Positions 28,983-41,256 of a stretch of 64,000 nucleotides of DNA are shown piece by piece. The notes below the pieces were generated by a model that worked only from the letters and a program-made list of their open reading frames with translations, made no database searches and was not told the DNA's origin. The number at the start of each line of letters is the position of its first letter. Within the stretch, counting starts at the first letter, position 1. The DNA is taken from the NCBI RefSeq assembly GCF_013004595.1, contig NZ_JABEMC010000001.1, positions 620,001 through 684,000 on the forward strand, given 5' to 3'. The translations under genes and the position numbers were made by a program. This DNA is from Brevibacterium luteolum. Its GTDB lineage: Bacteria; Actinomycetota; Actinomycetes; Actinomycetales; Brevibacteriaceae.

Positions 28983-30287
28983 GTGCACCACGCTCAGCGG
29001 CGCGCGACCGCGATGTCCGACGCCTTGGCCCGGGAGATGCTCCCGGCCGACTACCCGATCATCGGCATGGTCGACCTCGACACCCTCGATGAGCTGTTCC
29101 GCGCCGCCGAGGCGGCCTTCGACTCCCCATCACCGGTCACCCACGCAGTCGCTGCGAAGGCCGTGACCCTCGTGCCGATGATGCGCCACCTCGCCGAGCT
29201 CGGCGCCGGCTGCGAGGTCGCCAGCCCCGGTGAGCTCAGGATGGCGCAGCTGGCCGGGTTCACCCCCGACCGGATCGTCTTCGACTCCCCGGCCAAAACT
29301 CGCCACGACATCGACACCGCCTTAGACCTCGGCGTGGCGATGAACCTCGACAACTTCACCGAACTCTCCCGCATCGACGAGCATTTGGCCGCCGCGACCC
29401 CCAAGGGCCGGATCGGCGTGCGCATCAACCCGCAGCTGGGCGCCGGCAAGATCGAGGAGATGTCGACCGCGACCCCGACGTCGAAGTTCGGCATCCCGCT
29501 GCGCGACGAGGGATCCCGGCAGGCGATCATCGACGCCTACGCCGCCCGCCCGTGGCTCAACCAGATCCACGTGCACTCCGGCTCCCAGGGCATGGCCCTG
29601 TCCTCGATGGCCGCCGGTGTGCGCGCCGTCGTCGACCTCGTCGCCGACATCCACGCAACGATCGGCCACCAGCAGATCACGCACATCGACATCGGCGGCG
29701 GGCTGCCGGTCAACTTCGACTCCGACGCCCACACCCCGAGCTTCGCCGACTACCGAGCCGCGCTCGAGGCGGAGGTCCCCGAGCTCTTCGACGGCACCTA
29801 CGGCATCATCACCGAGTTCGGCCGCTCCCTGCTGGCCAAGTCGGGCACGATGCTCACCCGCGTCGAATCGACCAAGGTCGTCGGCGGCCGGCCGATCGCC
29901 GTCTGCCACGCCGGCGCGCAGGTTGCTGCCCGCACGATCTTCATGCCCAATGCCTGGCCGCTGCGCGTCAGCGTCCTCGACCCGACAGGCGAGGAGCGCG
30001 AAGACGACGTCTGCGTCCAGGACGTTGCAGGGCCCTGCTGCTTCTCCGGCGACATCATCGCCCACCAGCGTGCGCTGCCGCTCATCCGCGAAGGCGATGT
30101 CATCGCCATCCACGACGTCGGCGCGTATTACTTTTCCAACTCATTTTCCTACAACGCCTTGCCACGGCCTGCCGTCTACGGATACAGAGAGAAGGACGGC
30201 GCAGTGGCCTGGGTCACCCTCAGGCGACAGCAGACCATCGACGAGGTGGTCGCTGAGGCAGGAGGCGACGTTGACTCCAGCTGGTAG
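28983..30287 (+). CDS. PLP-dependent fold-III decarboxylase (diaminopimelate decarboxylase-like paralog)
   Basis: AAKA (PLP Lys), EVASPGE, SKFG, HVHSGSQ, DIGGG, EFGR, GPCCFSGD, GAY. Confidence 0.88.
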   Translation: MHHAQRRATAMSDALAREMLPADYPIIGMVDLDTLDELFRAAEAAFDSPSPVTHAVAAKAVTLVPMMRHLAELGAGCEVASPGELRMAQLAGFTPDRIVFDSPAKTRHDIDTALDLGVAMNLDNFTELSRIDEHLAAATPKGRIGVRINPQLGAGKIEEMSTATPTSKFGIPLRDEGSRQAIIDAYAARPWLNQIHVHSGSQGMALSSMAAGVRAVVDLVADIHATIGHQQITHIDIGGGLPVNFDSDAHTPSFADYRAALEAEVPELFDGTYGIITEFGRSLLAKSGTMLTRVESTKVVGGRPIAVCHAGAQVAARTIFMPNAWPLRVSVLDPTGEEREDDVCVQDVAGPCCFSGDIIAHQRALPLIREGDVIAIHDVGAYYFSNSFSYNALPRPAVYGYREKDGAVAWVTLRRQQTIDEVVAEAGGDVDSSW

Positions 30288-30425
30288 CAGCCGGTCCGGC
30301 AGCCACTGGCATCCGGCGGTCGCAGCACAGGGCTGCACCGCCGCCTGACAGCTCATGCGGCCCACCAGCCGCAGCGGTAACCACCGCAGGTGAGAAACGG
30401 AAACCACAAAAGGAGCGAACCCGGT

Positions 30426-31439
30426 ATGAAGATCGGACTCGTAGGACGCGCGGCGGCAATCATGTCCGCTGCAGCACTTGTACTGAGCGCATGCGGCGGC
30501 GGCACCGGAGGCGGTGGCGGCAATGGCGGCGGCGAACCGGCAGAGGACTTCACGCAGGACCTCACCTTCGCCACCGGCGGCACTGCAGGCGTGTACTACC
30601 CGCTGGGAAATGAGTACTCCCGCATCTTCCAGAACGAAGTCGACGGCCTCACGGTCAACGCTGTGGAGACCGACGGCTCGGTGGACAACCTCGGCCGCAT
30701 CGCCAAGGGCGAAGCCCAGCTGGCGTTCACCCAGAACAACACCGCCCACGATGCTGTGAGCGGCTCCGGTGAGTTCGAAGAGCTTGGACAGCCGCTGGAG
30801 AACATCGGCTGGATCGGCCAGCTGTACCCCGAGGCTGCACAGGTCATCACGCTGGAGGACAGCGGCTTCGAGTCGATCGAAGACCTCAAGGGCAAGAAGA
30901 TCGCCGTCGGCGCCCCCGGTTCGGGCACCGCGGCTGTTGCCAAGCTCATCCTCGATGCCTACGGCTTCGAAGACGGCGACTACGAGCCCTTCGAGGAGAG
31001 CTTCGCCGATGCCCGCTCGAAGCTCCAGGACGGCAACATCGACGCTTCGATCGAGATCCTCGGCGTCCCGGCGGCATCGCTGTCGGAGCTGGCAGCCAAC
31101 GCTGATGTCAAGCTGCTGCCGCTGGACAAGGACAAGGCCGACCAGATCGCCGGCGAATCGCAGTACGAAAGCTACGTCATCCCGGGCGGCTCGTATGACT
31201 TCGCCCCTGACGACGTGCAGACCGTGACGGTGTTCGCCACGATCGTCGCCTCGACCAACCAGGTCAGCGAAGAGGACGCCTACGGCATCACGAAGGCGAT
31301 CTACGAGAAGGCCGGAGACATCTCCCTGGCGCAGGGCAAGCTCATCAAGACTGAAGACGCTCTGCTCGGCCGCGGTGATGTGGAACTGCACCCGGGTGCT
31401 AAGAAGTACTTCGACGAACAGGGCATCAGCACCGAATGA
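30426..31439 (+). CDS. TAXI-family TRAP transporter solute-binding lipoprotein
   Basis: Lipobox LSAC; ATGGTAGVYY, TDGSVDN, LYPE, GAPGSGT, LHPGAKKY. Confidence 0.93.
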   Translation: MKIGLVGRAAAIMSAAALVLSACGGGTGGGGGNGGGEPAEDFTQDLTFATGGTAGVYYPLGNEYSRIFQNEVDGLTVNAVETDGSVDNLGRIAKGEAQLAFTQNNTAHDAVSGSGEFEELGQPLENIGWIGQLYPEAAQVITLEDSGFESIEDLKGKKIAVGAPGSGTAAVAKLILDAYGFEDGDYEPFEESFADARSKLQDGNIDASIEILGVPAASLSELAANADVKLLPLDKDKADQIAGESQYESYVIPGGSYDFAPDDVQTVTVFATIVASTNQVSEEDAYGITKAIYEKAGDISLAQGKLIKTEDALLGRGDVELHPGAKKYFDEQGISTE

Positions 31440-31504
31440 TGATCGGGCCCGGTCGGCCTACGCCGGCCGGTGATCATCGCCTAGCTCAACTGAGGCCCTG
31501 TGAG

Positions 31505-31539
31505 GTGTGCGCAGGCCGCCGCCTGCGGCCTGCGCACAC
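31505..31539 (+). other. 15-bp perfect stem-loop between the TAXI receptor and permease genes
   Basis: GTGTGCGCAGGCCGC / GCGGCCTGCGCACAC. Confidence 0.7.
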
Positions 31540-31563
31540 ACTCCTGAACACCGGAGAACCCCG

Positions 31564-33768
31564 ATGAACTCGACGAGAACCCCGCGCGACGACGAGAAGC
31601 CTGAGGGCGGCAGCACCGCCGCAGGCCGCGCAGCTGACCGCAATGACGCCGGCGATCCCGGCGCTGCTGCCACCGACGCCTACCGCGATGCCAAGCACCA
31701 CGGCGCCGCGTCAGAGACCGCCGGCGATCCGGACGTCGACGCCAGCAACGTCGCCGTCATGAGCTCGGCCGAAGCCGAGGAGAAAGCTCAGGAGGTGCTG
31801 CGCGAGCACGACACCGCCTCCCGCCACCGTGTGGACTCCGAACTCGGTCCGTGGCGCTGGCTCATCTTCGTCCTTGCGCTCGGCCTCACCGGGTTCCAGC
31901 TGTACACCGCCTTCGCCGGCTCCCGCCCGACCCTCATCCAGGGTGCGATCCACGTCGGCGGCGCGATGGGTCTCATCTTCCTGCTCTACCCCCTGCACCG
32001 CAGCCTGAGCCTGCGCGAGGACACCAAACCGGGACTGTACTGGGGCTCCCTCGTTCTCGACACGATCCTCGCGTTCGCCGCGATGGGCTGCTCGGCCTAC
32101 ATGGTCCTCAACTACGACTACCTCACCGGCGTACAGGTCCAGATGTTCGGCTACAGCGACTTCGACACGACCGTCGCCCTCGTCGGCATCCTCCTCATCC
32201 TCGAAGGCACCCGCCGCTGCGTCGGCCTGCCGATCGTCATCATCGCCACCCTGGCGCTGCTGTACTTCTGGCTCGGTAAGTACTCGCCGATCCTGCCGTA
32301 CCACGGCACCACCTGGCAGAACATGGTCCAGCAGACCTGGTACTCCTCGCGCTCGATCTTCGGCATCCCGATCCAGGTGTCCTCGACCTTCGTGTTCCTC
32401 TTCCTGCTCTTCGGTGTCGTGCTCGTGCGCACCAACATCGGCGCCTACTTCAACGGCCTGGCCTTCCGGCTGACCGGTAAGTTCGCCGGCGGGCCGGCCA
32501 AGGCAGCCGTCGTCGCCTCGGCGATGCAGGGCACCGTCACCGGCTCTTCGGTCGCCAACGCCGTCGCATCGGGATCCTTCACCATCCCGATGATGAAGAA
32601 GGTCGGCTTCAAGGCGAAGTTCGCCGCCGCCACCGAGGCGACCGCCTCGACCGGCGGGCAGATCATGCCCCCGATCATGGGTGCGGCTGTGTTCATCATG
32701 GCCGAGTACACCGGCATCGCCTACTCGACGATCATCCTCGTGGCGGTCATCCCGGCATTCATGTACTTCGCCGGCGTCATGCTCGCTGTGCACTTCGAAG
32801 CCAAGCGCAACCGCATCCACGGCATGCGCAAGGACCAGCTGCCGAGCTGGAAATACCTGCTCACCCGCATCGACCAGTTGCTGCCGCTGGCCGTCATCAT
32901 CTACATGCTCATGACCGGCACCACTCCGGCAAAGGCCGCACTGTGGGGCATCGGCACCGCACTTGTGCTCAGCTTTCTGCGCGAGTCGACCCGCCTGAGC
33001 ATCCGCGGCATCTTCGAGGTCCTCGAATCCGGTGCCCGTGTGGCCCTGCCGGTCATCGCCGCCTGTGCGACCGCCGGCATGGTCGCAGGCATCGTCACCG
33101 CCACCGGCCTCGGCGGCCGCCTGGCCGACGGCATCCTCACCGCAGCCGGGGAGAACTTCTTCCTCGTCATGTTCTTCACCATGGTCGCCTGCCTGGTGCT
33201 GGGCATGGGACTGCCGACCACCGCGAACTATGTCGTCACCGCCACGGTGGCCGCGCCGATCCTCGTCAGCAACTTCGACGTCCCGATCCTGGCCGCCCAC
33301 CTGTTCGTGTTCTACTTCGGCCTGCTCGCCGACATCACCCCGCCGGTGTGTCTGGCCGCCTACGCCGCTTCCGGCATCGCCGGATCGAATCCGCTCAAGT
33401 CCGGTGTCACCGCCTTCCGGGTGGCGATCGCCGGATTCATCGTGCCCTACGTCTTCGTCTCCGCACCGGGCCTGATCTTCCAGACCGACGACACCGTCAT
33501 GCATTTCCTGCAGGTGTTCATCACCGCGCTGCTGGGTATGACGGCGATCTCCGCAGCAACAGCCGGGTACTTCTTCGACCACCTGCACTGGTGGGAGCGG
33601 ATCGTGCTCATCGCCGCCGGCATCGCGATGGTCATCCCAGCACTGTGGGTCTCGCTCATCGGTATCGCCGTCGCCGTGCTCATGGCGCTCCTGCAGCGCA
33701 TGCGCGCCAAACGCCGCGACGGTTCGACACCGCCTGCCGAGCGGCCAGCTGCCGCCGGCGAGGCGTAG
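31564..33768 (+). CDS. TRAP transporter fused permease (4TM/12TM, DctQM)
   Basis: [48 protein letters not shown]. Confidence 0.95.
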   Translation: MNSTRTPRDDEKPEGGSTAAGRAADRNDAGDPGAAATDAYRDAKHHGAASETAGDPDVDASNVAVMSSAEAEEKAQEVLREHDTASRHRVDSELGPWRWLIFVLALGLTGFQLYTAFAGSRPTLIQGAIHVGGAMGLIFLLYPLHRSLSLREDTKPGLYWGSLVLDTILAFAAMGCSAYMVLNYDYLTGVQVQMFGYSDFDTTVALVGILLILEGTRRCVGLPIVIIATLALLYFWLGKYSPILPYHGTTWQNMVQQTWYSSRSIFGIPIQVSSTFVFLFLLFGVVLVRTNIGAYFNGLAFRLTGKFAGGPAKAAVVASAMQGTVTGSSVANAVASGSFTIPMMKKVGFKAKFAAATEATASTGGQIMPPIMGAAVFIMAEYTGIAYSTIILVAVIPAFMYFAGVMLAVHFEAKRNRIHGMRKDQLPSWKYLLTRIDQLLPLAVIIYMLMTGTTPAKAALWGIGTALVLSFLRESTRLSIRGIFEVLESGARVALPVIAACATAGMVAGIVTATGLGGRLADGILTAAGENFFLVMFFTMVACLVLGMGLPTTANYVVTATVAAPILVSNFDVPILAAHLFVFYFGLLADITPPVCLAAYAASGIAGSNPLKSGVTAFRVAIAGFIVPYVFVSAPGLIFQTDDTVMHFLQVFITALLGMTAISAATAGYFFDHLHWWERIVLIAAGIAMVIPALWVSLIGIAVAVLMALLQRMRAKRRDGSTPPAERPAAAGEA

Positions 33769-33788
33769 GCTGGGTCTGGGTGCCGACC

Positions 33789-33814
33789 GCTCGTGTGTGC
33801 TCGAACACACGAGC
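33789..33814 (+). terminator. Hairpin after the TRAP permease
   Basis: GCTCGTGTGT / ACACACGAGC. Confidence 0.55.
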
Positions 33815-33913
33815 GGTTCAGCAATCATTCACATGCCCCGCCTAGAATGGGGAGCAACGACCACCGGCCCCACAGGCCGGATAGCCATCTGCTGTCGAAC
33901 TGAAGGGACGTCT

Positions 33914-35062
<1,149 letters not shown>

Positions 35063-35119
35063 CCGGCGCAGCCCTGCGAAAGGCTGTCCGGTCGCCCCAC
35101 CAGGGAAGGACGTGGAGGC

Positions 35120-35995
35120 GTGACACTGGCACCGCTGCGCGCCATGGACACCCAGTGGCTGCGCGACATCATCGCAGCTGATCCCGCCGGTTACGCCTAT
35201 ATCGCACGACTGTTCGAACACACCGGCAGCGCTGAGATCGACACGCCTGCCGGACGGCTGTGGGGCTGGTTCATCCACGGCCGGCCGGTGAGCGCCTACT
35301 ACATCGGCGGCACCATCATGCCGGTCGCCGCGACCACCGGCGGCAATGCCGCTGTCGCCCGGATGCTCAATGCCCGCGGCCGCTACATGTGCTCATTCGT
35401 CGGCCCCGCCAACGCCGTCCTCGACCTGCACCACCGGCTGACCTGGGGTGTGCCCAGAGTGCTGCGGTCCAAGCAGCCGTTGCTGATCGCCGACCGCCAA
35501 CCCGACACTGCCGCTGACCGTCGGGTGCGCCTCGGCCGGCCTGAGGAGATCGACATCGTCTTTGAGGCTGCGGTGCACATGTTCACCGAAGAAGTCGGCT
35601 TCTCACCCATCGAAATGGGCAAATCCGGCTACCTCCACCGGGTGCGCGGACTGCTGAGTGCCGGGGAGACCTTCCTCATCACGAGTGGCCACAGCCCTGA
35701 CGGCGGGCCGATCCGCCGCTACCCGGCACCGGAGTCCGCCGAGCAGGTGGTGTTCAAAGCCGATATCGGCATCCGATCCGAGCAGGTCGCCCAGATCCAG
35801 GGCGTATGGGTGCACCCGGACTTCCGCGGCCGCGGTCTGGCCGCCCCGGCTGTCGCGGCTGTGACCGAGCAGGTCAAGGCGACGATGAGCCCGCTCGTGA
35901 GCCTGTACGTCAACGCTTTCAACGAACCGGCCCTGCGCACCTACCGGCGGGCCGGCTACCGGCAGATCGGCACCTACGCCACCGTCATCTACTGA
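35120..35995 (+). CDS. GNAT N-acetyltransferase (DUF4081-type)
   Basis: MFTEEVG, QIQGVWVHPDFRGRG, SLYVNAFN; conserved downstream of ispG. Confidence 0.9.
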   Translation: MTLAPLRAMDTQWLRDIIAADPAGYAYIARLFEHTGSAEIDTPAGRLWGWFIHGRPVSAYYIGGTIMPVAATTGGNAAVARMLNARGRYMCSFVGPANAVLDLHHRLTWGVPRVLRSKQPLLIADRQPDTAADRRVRLGRPEEIDIVFEAAVHMFTEEVGFSPIEMGKSGYLHRVRGLLSAGETFLITSGHSPDGGPIRRYPAPESAEQVVFKADIGIRSEQVAQIQGVWVHPDFRGRGLAAPAVAAVTEQVKATMSPLVSLYVNAFNEPALRTYRRAGYRQIGTYATVIY

Positions 35996-36006
35996 CCCGA
36001 GGGCGT

Positions 36007-36417
36007 CTACTGACCGGAGGACCGGTAGCCGCGCAGCCGGTCGAGCTCACGGCGATCCTTCTTCGTCGGCCGGCCCAGACCCTTGTCACGGCGCGGCGTG
36101 AACCCGCGCAGCGCAGGATCCGGTGCCGGCGTGTGATCCTCATACAGCTGCTGGGCCAGCGACGCCGGCCCGCGCCGGTCGACGAAGCCGCGGATGACGA
36201 GGATCTGCTCGAAGCCGGCCTTGCGCACCCGGACCGTATCGCCGATCCGCACCTTCTGCGCAGCCTTCACCCGCTGCCCGTCGACGTGGACGTGCCCGCC
36301 GCGGCAGGCCGTTGTCGCCGCCGAGCGGGTCTTGAAGATCCGGGCCGTCCACAGCCACAGATCGATGCGCTGACTGCGCTCAGGCGAGAAGTCGGGGCTC
36401 ATGTCCATCGTCCCCAC
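36007..36417 (-). CDS. S4 RNA-binding protein (Hsp15/HslR-like)
   Basis: RIDLWLWTARIFKTRS, GRPTKKDRR. Confidence 0.9.
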   Translation of the reverse strand: MGTMDMSPDFSPERSQRIDLWLWTARIFKTRSAATTACRGGHVHVDGQRVKAAQKVRIGDTVRVRKAGFEQILVIRGFVDRRGPASLAQQLYEDHTPAPDPALRGFTPRRDKGLGRPTKKDRRELDRLRGYRSSGQ

Positions 36418-36427
36418 AGCCTAGCGC

Positions 36428-37336
36428 CTACGGGGTCGGCTGACCGCCGTTGACATTGAGCGTCTCACCGATGACATAGCTCGACTCCGGGGAGGTGAGG
36501 AACACATACGCCGGTGCGAGCTCAGTCGGCTGACCGGCCCGGCCGAGCGGAGTGTTCTTCCCGAACTCCGGCAGCGCCTCCTTCGGCTGGCCGTCCGAGA
36601 CCTGCAGCGGCGTCCAGATCGGGCCCGGCGCCACCGCGTTGACGCGGATGCCGCGCGGGGCCAGCTGCTGGGCGAGTCCCTTGGTGAAGTTGTTGATCGC
36701 CGCCTTCGTCGAGGCGTAGTCGAGCAGGTGCGGGGAGGGATCGTAGGCCTGCACCGAGGTCGAATTCACGATCGTCGACCCAGCCGGCATGACCTTGATC
36801 GCCTCCTGGGTGATGCGGTAGATCGCGTGGATGTTCGTGGCGAACGTCGTCGTCCACTGCTCATCGGCCAGCTCACCGAAGTCCTCGATCGCGATCTGCT
36901 TGCCAGCGTTGTTCACCAGCGCATTGAGCCCGCCGAGAGCCTGCTCGGCCTCAGTGACGAGCCGGCGGCAGAAGTCAGCGTCGGTCAGATCGCCGGGGAA
37001 CAGGAACGCCCGCTGCCCGGACTCCTCGATCCAGCCCTTGATCTCCTGCGCATCAGCCTCCTCATCGGGCAGATACGACAGCGCGACATCGGCACCCTCA
37101 CGGGCGAAGGCGATCGCCACAGCCGCTCCGATCCCGGAGTCAGCCCCGGTGATGAGGGCCTTGCGGCCGACGAGCCGGCCGGTGCCGCGATAGGAGTGCT
37201 GCCCGCGATCGGTCTGCGGGCTCAGGTCCTGATCGAGACCGGGCTCAGGCTGATGCTGCTTCGGCGGGCTGATCTCGGGGAAGCGGGTGACGGGGTTCTG
37301 GAAGCTCAGCTGATCGCGCTGCTCTGCTGCATTCAT
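36428..37336 (-). CDS. SDR oxidoreductase (YghA/general-stress type)
   Basis: [40 protein letters not shown]. Confidence 0.93.
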   Translation of the reverse strand: MNAAEQRDQLSFQNPVTRFPEISPPKQHQPEPGLDQDLSPQTDRGQHSYRGTGRLVGRKALITGADSGIGAAVAIAFAREGADVALSYLPDEEADAQEIKGWIEESGQRAFLFPGDLTDADFCRRLVTEAEQALGGLNALVNNAGKQIAIEDFGELADEQWTTTFATNIHAIYRITQEAIKVMPAGSTIVNSTSVQAYDPSPHLLDYASTKAAINNFTKGLAQQLAPRGIRVNAVAPGPIWTPLQVSDGQPKEALPEFGKNTPLGRAGQPTELAPAYVFLTSPESSYVIGETLNVNGGQPTP

Positions 37337-37566
37337 GTCTCAAGCCTAGTCTGCGTCAACTGCCGGGACAATGGTCTCAATGCACAACCTGCCTTGCCGG
37401 AAAGGCGACCGGTCCCGAGGCGGTGGTCACCACCACCTCGGCGCCGGTGTCCCAGCGGTCTCCTGGAGCCGTGCGACAGGGCCTGCTGCGCGGCGCGGGG
37501 GCGGGGTTCGGCAGTGATAGAGTCCGAGGTGACCGTCCTGAGAACGAACTAGGGGAGAACACCTTC

Positions 37567-39396
37567 ATGGCCCTGCGGATGTCGACGCTGTTTGCGCGCA
37601 CCCTGAAAGAAGACCCGGTCGATGCCGAGGTCGCCAGCCATAAGCTGCTGCACCGCGGCTCCTACATCCGCCGTGCCGCCCCAGGGATCTACACGTGGCT
37701 GCCGCTCGGGCTCGAGGTGCTGCGCCGCATCGAGAGCATCGTCCGCCAGGAGATGGTGGCCGCCGGTTCCCAGGAAGTCCACTTCCCAGCCCTCCTGCCG
37801 GCCGGTCCCTATGAGGCCTCGGGCCGCTGGGAGACCTACGGTGACGGAATCTTCAGGCTCAAGGACCGCAAGGAAGCCGACTACCTGCTTGCACCGACCC
37901 ACGAGGAGCTGTTCACGCTGCTCGTCAAGGACCTGTACTCCTCGTACAAGGACCTGCCGCTGAGCATCTTCCAGATCCAGACGAAGTACCGCGACGAGGC
38001 CCGCCCGCGGGCTGGCCTGCTGCGCGGACGCGAATTCATCATGAAGGACGCCTACTCCTTCAACATCGACGACGCCGGCCTCGACGACTCCTACCAGATC
38101 ATGCGCGATGCCTACATCCGCATCTACGAGCGCCTCGGCCTGCCCTATGTCATCGTCGAGGCCACCTCCGGCGCGATGGGCGGATCGGGCACCGAGGAGT
38201 TCCTCTACCCCTCCGAGGTCGGTGAGGACACCTACGTGCGCACCGCCGGCGGATACGCCGCCAACGTCGAAGCCGTCACCACCCTCATCGGGGAGCCGCT
38301 CGACGCCTCAGATGCGCCTGCCGCACACAAGGAGACGACCCCGGGAGCGAACACCATCGCCTCCCTGGTCGACGTCTCCAACGAGCTCTTCGCCCGCGAA
38401 GACCGCCCATGGGAGGCCGCAGACATGATGAAGCTCGTCATGTGCACCCTCGTCCACCCCGATGGGCGGCGCGAGGTCATCGCCATCGGCCTGCCCGGCG
38501 ACCGGGAAGTCGACCTCGACCGGGCCGCCGGCTCCGGGATGCTCTCCAGCGGCGAGATCGACCTCGAACCGGCCAGCGCGGAGGACCTGGCCAAGCACCC
38601 GGACATCGTCGCCGGCTACATCGGCCCCGGCACCTCGCTGAAAGACCAGGTGCTCGGCGCCGAAGGCAGCTCCGGTGTGCGGTTCTTCGTCGACCCGCGC
38701 ATCACCCGCGAGGGCTCGCGCTGGGTGGCCGGCGGCAACGAGGCCGGCACCCACGTCTACGACCTCATCCTCGGCCGCGACTTCACCGTCGACGGTGTGC
38801 TCGAAGTCGCCGAGGTCCGCGAAGGCGACCCGGCACCGGACGGCTCCGGCCCGCTGGAGCTGGCCCGCGGAGTGGAGATCGGCCAGATCTTCAAGCTCGG
38901 CACCCGCTACGCCGAGGCGCTCGACCTCAAGGTGCTCGATGAGAACGGCAAGACCCAGGTTGTGACGATGGGCTCCTACGGCGTCGGCGTCACCCGCGCG
39001 ATGGCCTGCATCGCCGAGGAGAACCACGACGACAAGGGCCTCATCTGGCCCCAGCACCTGGCACCGGCCGATGTGCACATCGTCGCCACCGGCAAGGGCG
39101 CAGAGCCCATCGAAGCGGCTGAGAAGATCACCGCCGAACTCGAGTCGATGGGCGTGCGCGTCCTCCTCGACGACCGCCCGAAGGCCTCACCGGGCGTGAA
39201 GTTCGGCGACGCCGAACTGCTCGGGGTGCCGACGATTCTCGTCGTCGGCCGCGGTCTGGCCGAGGGCAGACTGGAGCTGCGCGACCGACGCACCGGCGAA
39301 GCGACCAACGTGCCGGTCGAAGACGCTGTCGCCCGCACCGTCGAGGCGATCGACGCGAAGTATGCGGAACTCGGAGCCAAGCGCGGCGAACTCTGA
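37567..39396 (+). CDS. proS: Proline--tRNA ligase with INS editing domain
   Basis: [48 protein letters not shown]. Confidence 0.99.
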   Translation: MALRMSTLFARTLKEDPVDAEVASHKLLHRGSYIRRAAPGIYTWLPLGLEVLRRIESIVRQEMVAAGSQEVHFPALLPAGPYEASGRWETYGDGIFRLKDRKEADYLLAPTHEELFTLLVKDLYSSYKDLPLSIFQIQTKYRDEARPRAGLLRGREFIMKDAYSFNIDDAGLDDSYQIMRDAYIRIYERLGLPYVIVEATSGAMGGSGTEEFLYPSEVGEDTYVRTAGGYAANVEAVTTLIGEPLDASDAPAAHKETTPGANTIASLVDVSNELFAREDRPWEAADMMKLVMCTLVHPDGRREVIAIGLPGDREVDLDRAAGSGMLSSGEIDLEPASAEDLAKHPDIVAGYIGPGTSLKDQVLGAEGSSGVRFFVDPRITREGSRWVAGGNEAGTHVYDLILGRDFTVDGVLEVAEVREGDPAPDGSGPLELARGVEIGQIFKLGTRYAEALDLKVLDENGKTQVVTMGSYGVGVTRAMACIAEENHDDKGLIWPQHLAPADVHIVATGKGAEPIEAAEKITAELESMGVRVLLDDRPKASPGVKFGDAELLGVPTILVVGRGLAEGRLELRDRRTGEATNVPVEDAVARTVEAIDAKYAELGAKRGEL

Positions 39397-39406
39397 GCTG
39401 AGCCTC

Positions 39407-39446
39407 CGCAGTGGCTGGGAGACGCATCCGTGTCCCGGCCGCTGCG
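39407..39446 (+). terminator. Hairpin after proS
   Basis: CGCAGTGGCTGGGA / TCCCGGCCGCTGCG with G-U pairs. Confidence 0.55.
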
Positions 39447-39686
39447 CTGTGTCTGCTGCTGTGCCCCAGCGCCTGCTGTCACGGTTCAACCGTTGTTAGG
39501 GTTGAACAGCAGTCGGGGTTGAATTGCGGTAACGGCTCATCTGCTGTCAATGTTCATGACGAACAACGGCGCTACACGACCACAGGTGACACCAGACGTC
39601 GGCGAATGACATCACCGGCGCCTCGGGAACGGGCCAGCCGTCAGGCTGGGCGTGTCGCATCGACACCCAACTGTTCTGGAGGGCCC

Positions 39687-40000
39687 TTGACCGAGGCTCC
39701 CGTCTCCCCAGGAACTACACCTAGAGGGCTCAGCGACAGCATCGCAGGCGTCCTCGCGGCAGCGGCATCTGGTCAACGGTGCGCAGCCGCTGCGGCCCGG
39801 TTCGGTCTCAACGGCACCCCGGTTGCGATCGAGTACGTCGGCCGCGAGAGATCATCCCGCGGGTGCGTGCGCTCGAAGCCGACCTCGCCCGAGCCCGTGG
39901 CGTCGAGCTGCAGGCAGGCCCGCAGCCGGCGGCGGCGATTGCGTGGGGTGATGCGACAGACAGCAGACCGAAATCCGGCGCGCAGGGGCCGGAACCGTAG
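39687..40000 (+). pseudogene. Remnant of an LLM-class flavin monooxygenase (SfnG-like C-terminus), deleted and frameshifted
   Basis: SD GGAGG plus TTG 39687; RFGLNGTP, then IEYVGRE joins IIPRVRALEADLARARG if the extra AG at 39849-39850 is removed. Confidence 0.5.
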
Positions 40001-40059
40001 AGGTTTCGGTCCCTAAAGCTTCGCTGCTCTCCGGCGTCAGCCGACGGGTACGCGCACCG

Positions 40060-40101
40060 GCGGTTCGAGGGGCTGCCGTTGAGGAGGACAATGCGCGGCA
40101 T
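40060..40101 (-). pseudogene. N-terminal stub of an NAD(P)H-dependent FMN reductase (SsuE-like)
   Basis: SD GAAAGG, then MPRIVLLNGSPS; similarity lost after about 12 codons. Confidence 0.45.
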
Positions 40102-40230
40102 GGGATTCCGACCTTTCGCCACGGGGACGGGCTGACCGTTCACACGCTCAAGCGCACCGCGGGCAGGCGCGCTTCTGACCGTCACGTCATCGCCTGTCAT
40201 ATGACGTCACGTCCAGGCAGCCGGCAGCCC

Positions 40231-41256
40231 TCAGCCGAGGCGCTTGAGGTCGTGGGCGCTGACGCCGCCGACGCTGACCCCGCACATCGCCCGGCACACC
40301 CACAGCGAGCGGGCGGCGTCGCCGAAAGCCTTCTGCGTGCCCTTATAGGCAGAGCGCAGGTACCAGAACATGTTCTCCAGCTCGCGGACGACCGTTGCGC
40401 CCATGCCGTAGGCGGCTTCGATTTCGGCGTGATGACACAGCCGGTGGGCGAACTCGCGCAGCCACTGTGCCTGCTCTTCACCGGTGGGCCGGGGGATCTC
40501 ATACAGCCGGTTCCACAGGACCGGGGCGACCATATAGGCCGTCGGGCCGGTCAGCGGCTGCGGGTCGATCGCCTTCCAGGTGGCTACCCCGCTGAGGTCC
40601 GGGTGGCCGGCGAGGATGTTGTAGTAGTGCAGGTCGGCGTGCAGCAGCCAGTGCTCATCGGAGGATGCCAGCTTCTCCATCCACATCCGGGCGCTGTCGA
40701 GCACCTGATAGTCCTGGGCGGAGAATTCCGGGAAGTCGCGCACGAGCGCGCAGTCGGCCTGGAAGGTCTCCAGCCATTTCGCGGCGATGTCCTGCACGCG
40801 CACGAACCCCGGCACGCCGGGGACCTTGAGCGCGCGGACGAGCTGGCCCCAGATCGGCGGCACGCTGCCCAGCGGCTCGGTCGAGAGGTTGACGGTGGTG
40901 CGCAGCCGCTCCTGCAGCGTCGCCCGGAACGAGCTGTCCTGTTCGAACACGCGCACCGCACCGTGGCCCTGCCAGGCCTGCAGGGCCTCGAGGACCTGCC
41001 GGTGGACCTGCGGGTTGGCGGTGTTGGGGGCGGCGAAGCGGATGATCGCCTGATAGTTCTCCTGTGTCAGCACGGGGATGACAAGGCTCTCAGCTCCGGC
41101 CCATGGCGAACCGGGCACCGGGTCGCGGGTGAGATTCCACCGGTCGAGCAGCTCGATGAGCATGAAGTCCAGCGCCTGCGCCCACGCGCCGGCGTATTCG
41201 GCGCCGATCACCTCAGCAGCCGAATTGAACAGCACAGCAGGTACGCGCATCGTCAT
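40231..41256 (-). CDS. Aminoglycoside/hydroxyurea phosphotransferase-fold kinase (APH(6)-like)
   Basis: WQGHGAVR, LLHADLHYYNIL, AIDPQPL; ATGA-coupled to the upstream gene. Confidence 0.85.
   Translation of the reverse strand: MTMRVPAVLFNSAAEVIGAEYAGAWAQALDFMLIELLDRWNLTRDPVPGSPWAGAESLVIPVLTQENYQAIIRFAAPNTANPQVHRQVLEALQAWQGHGAVRVFEQDSSFRATLQERLRTTVNLSTEPLGSVPPIWGQLVRALKVPGVPGFVRVQDIAAKWLETFQADCALVRDFPEFSAQDYQVLDSARMWMEKLASSDEHWLLHADLHYYNILAGHPDLSGVATWKAIDPQPLTGPTAYMVAPVLWNRLYEIPRPTGEEQAQWLREFAHRLCHHAEIEAAYGMGATVVRELENMFWYLRSAYKGTQKAFGDAARSLWVCRAMCGVSVGGVSAHDLKRLG

Noticed and set aside
39411..40016. 201-aa ORF as an intact gene
   Set aside because: Starts inside the proS terminator hairpin, has poor codon bias, and is better explained as pseudogene fragments
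40231..41256. Acquired streptomycin-resistance gene
   Set aside because: Only fold-level motifs; host-like codon usage; coupled to a chromosomal lipoprotein gene with no mobility context
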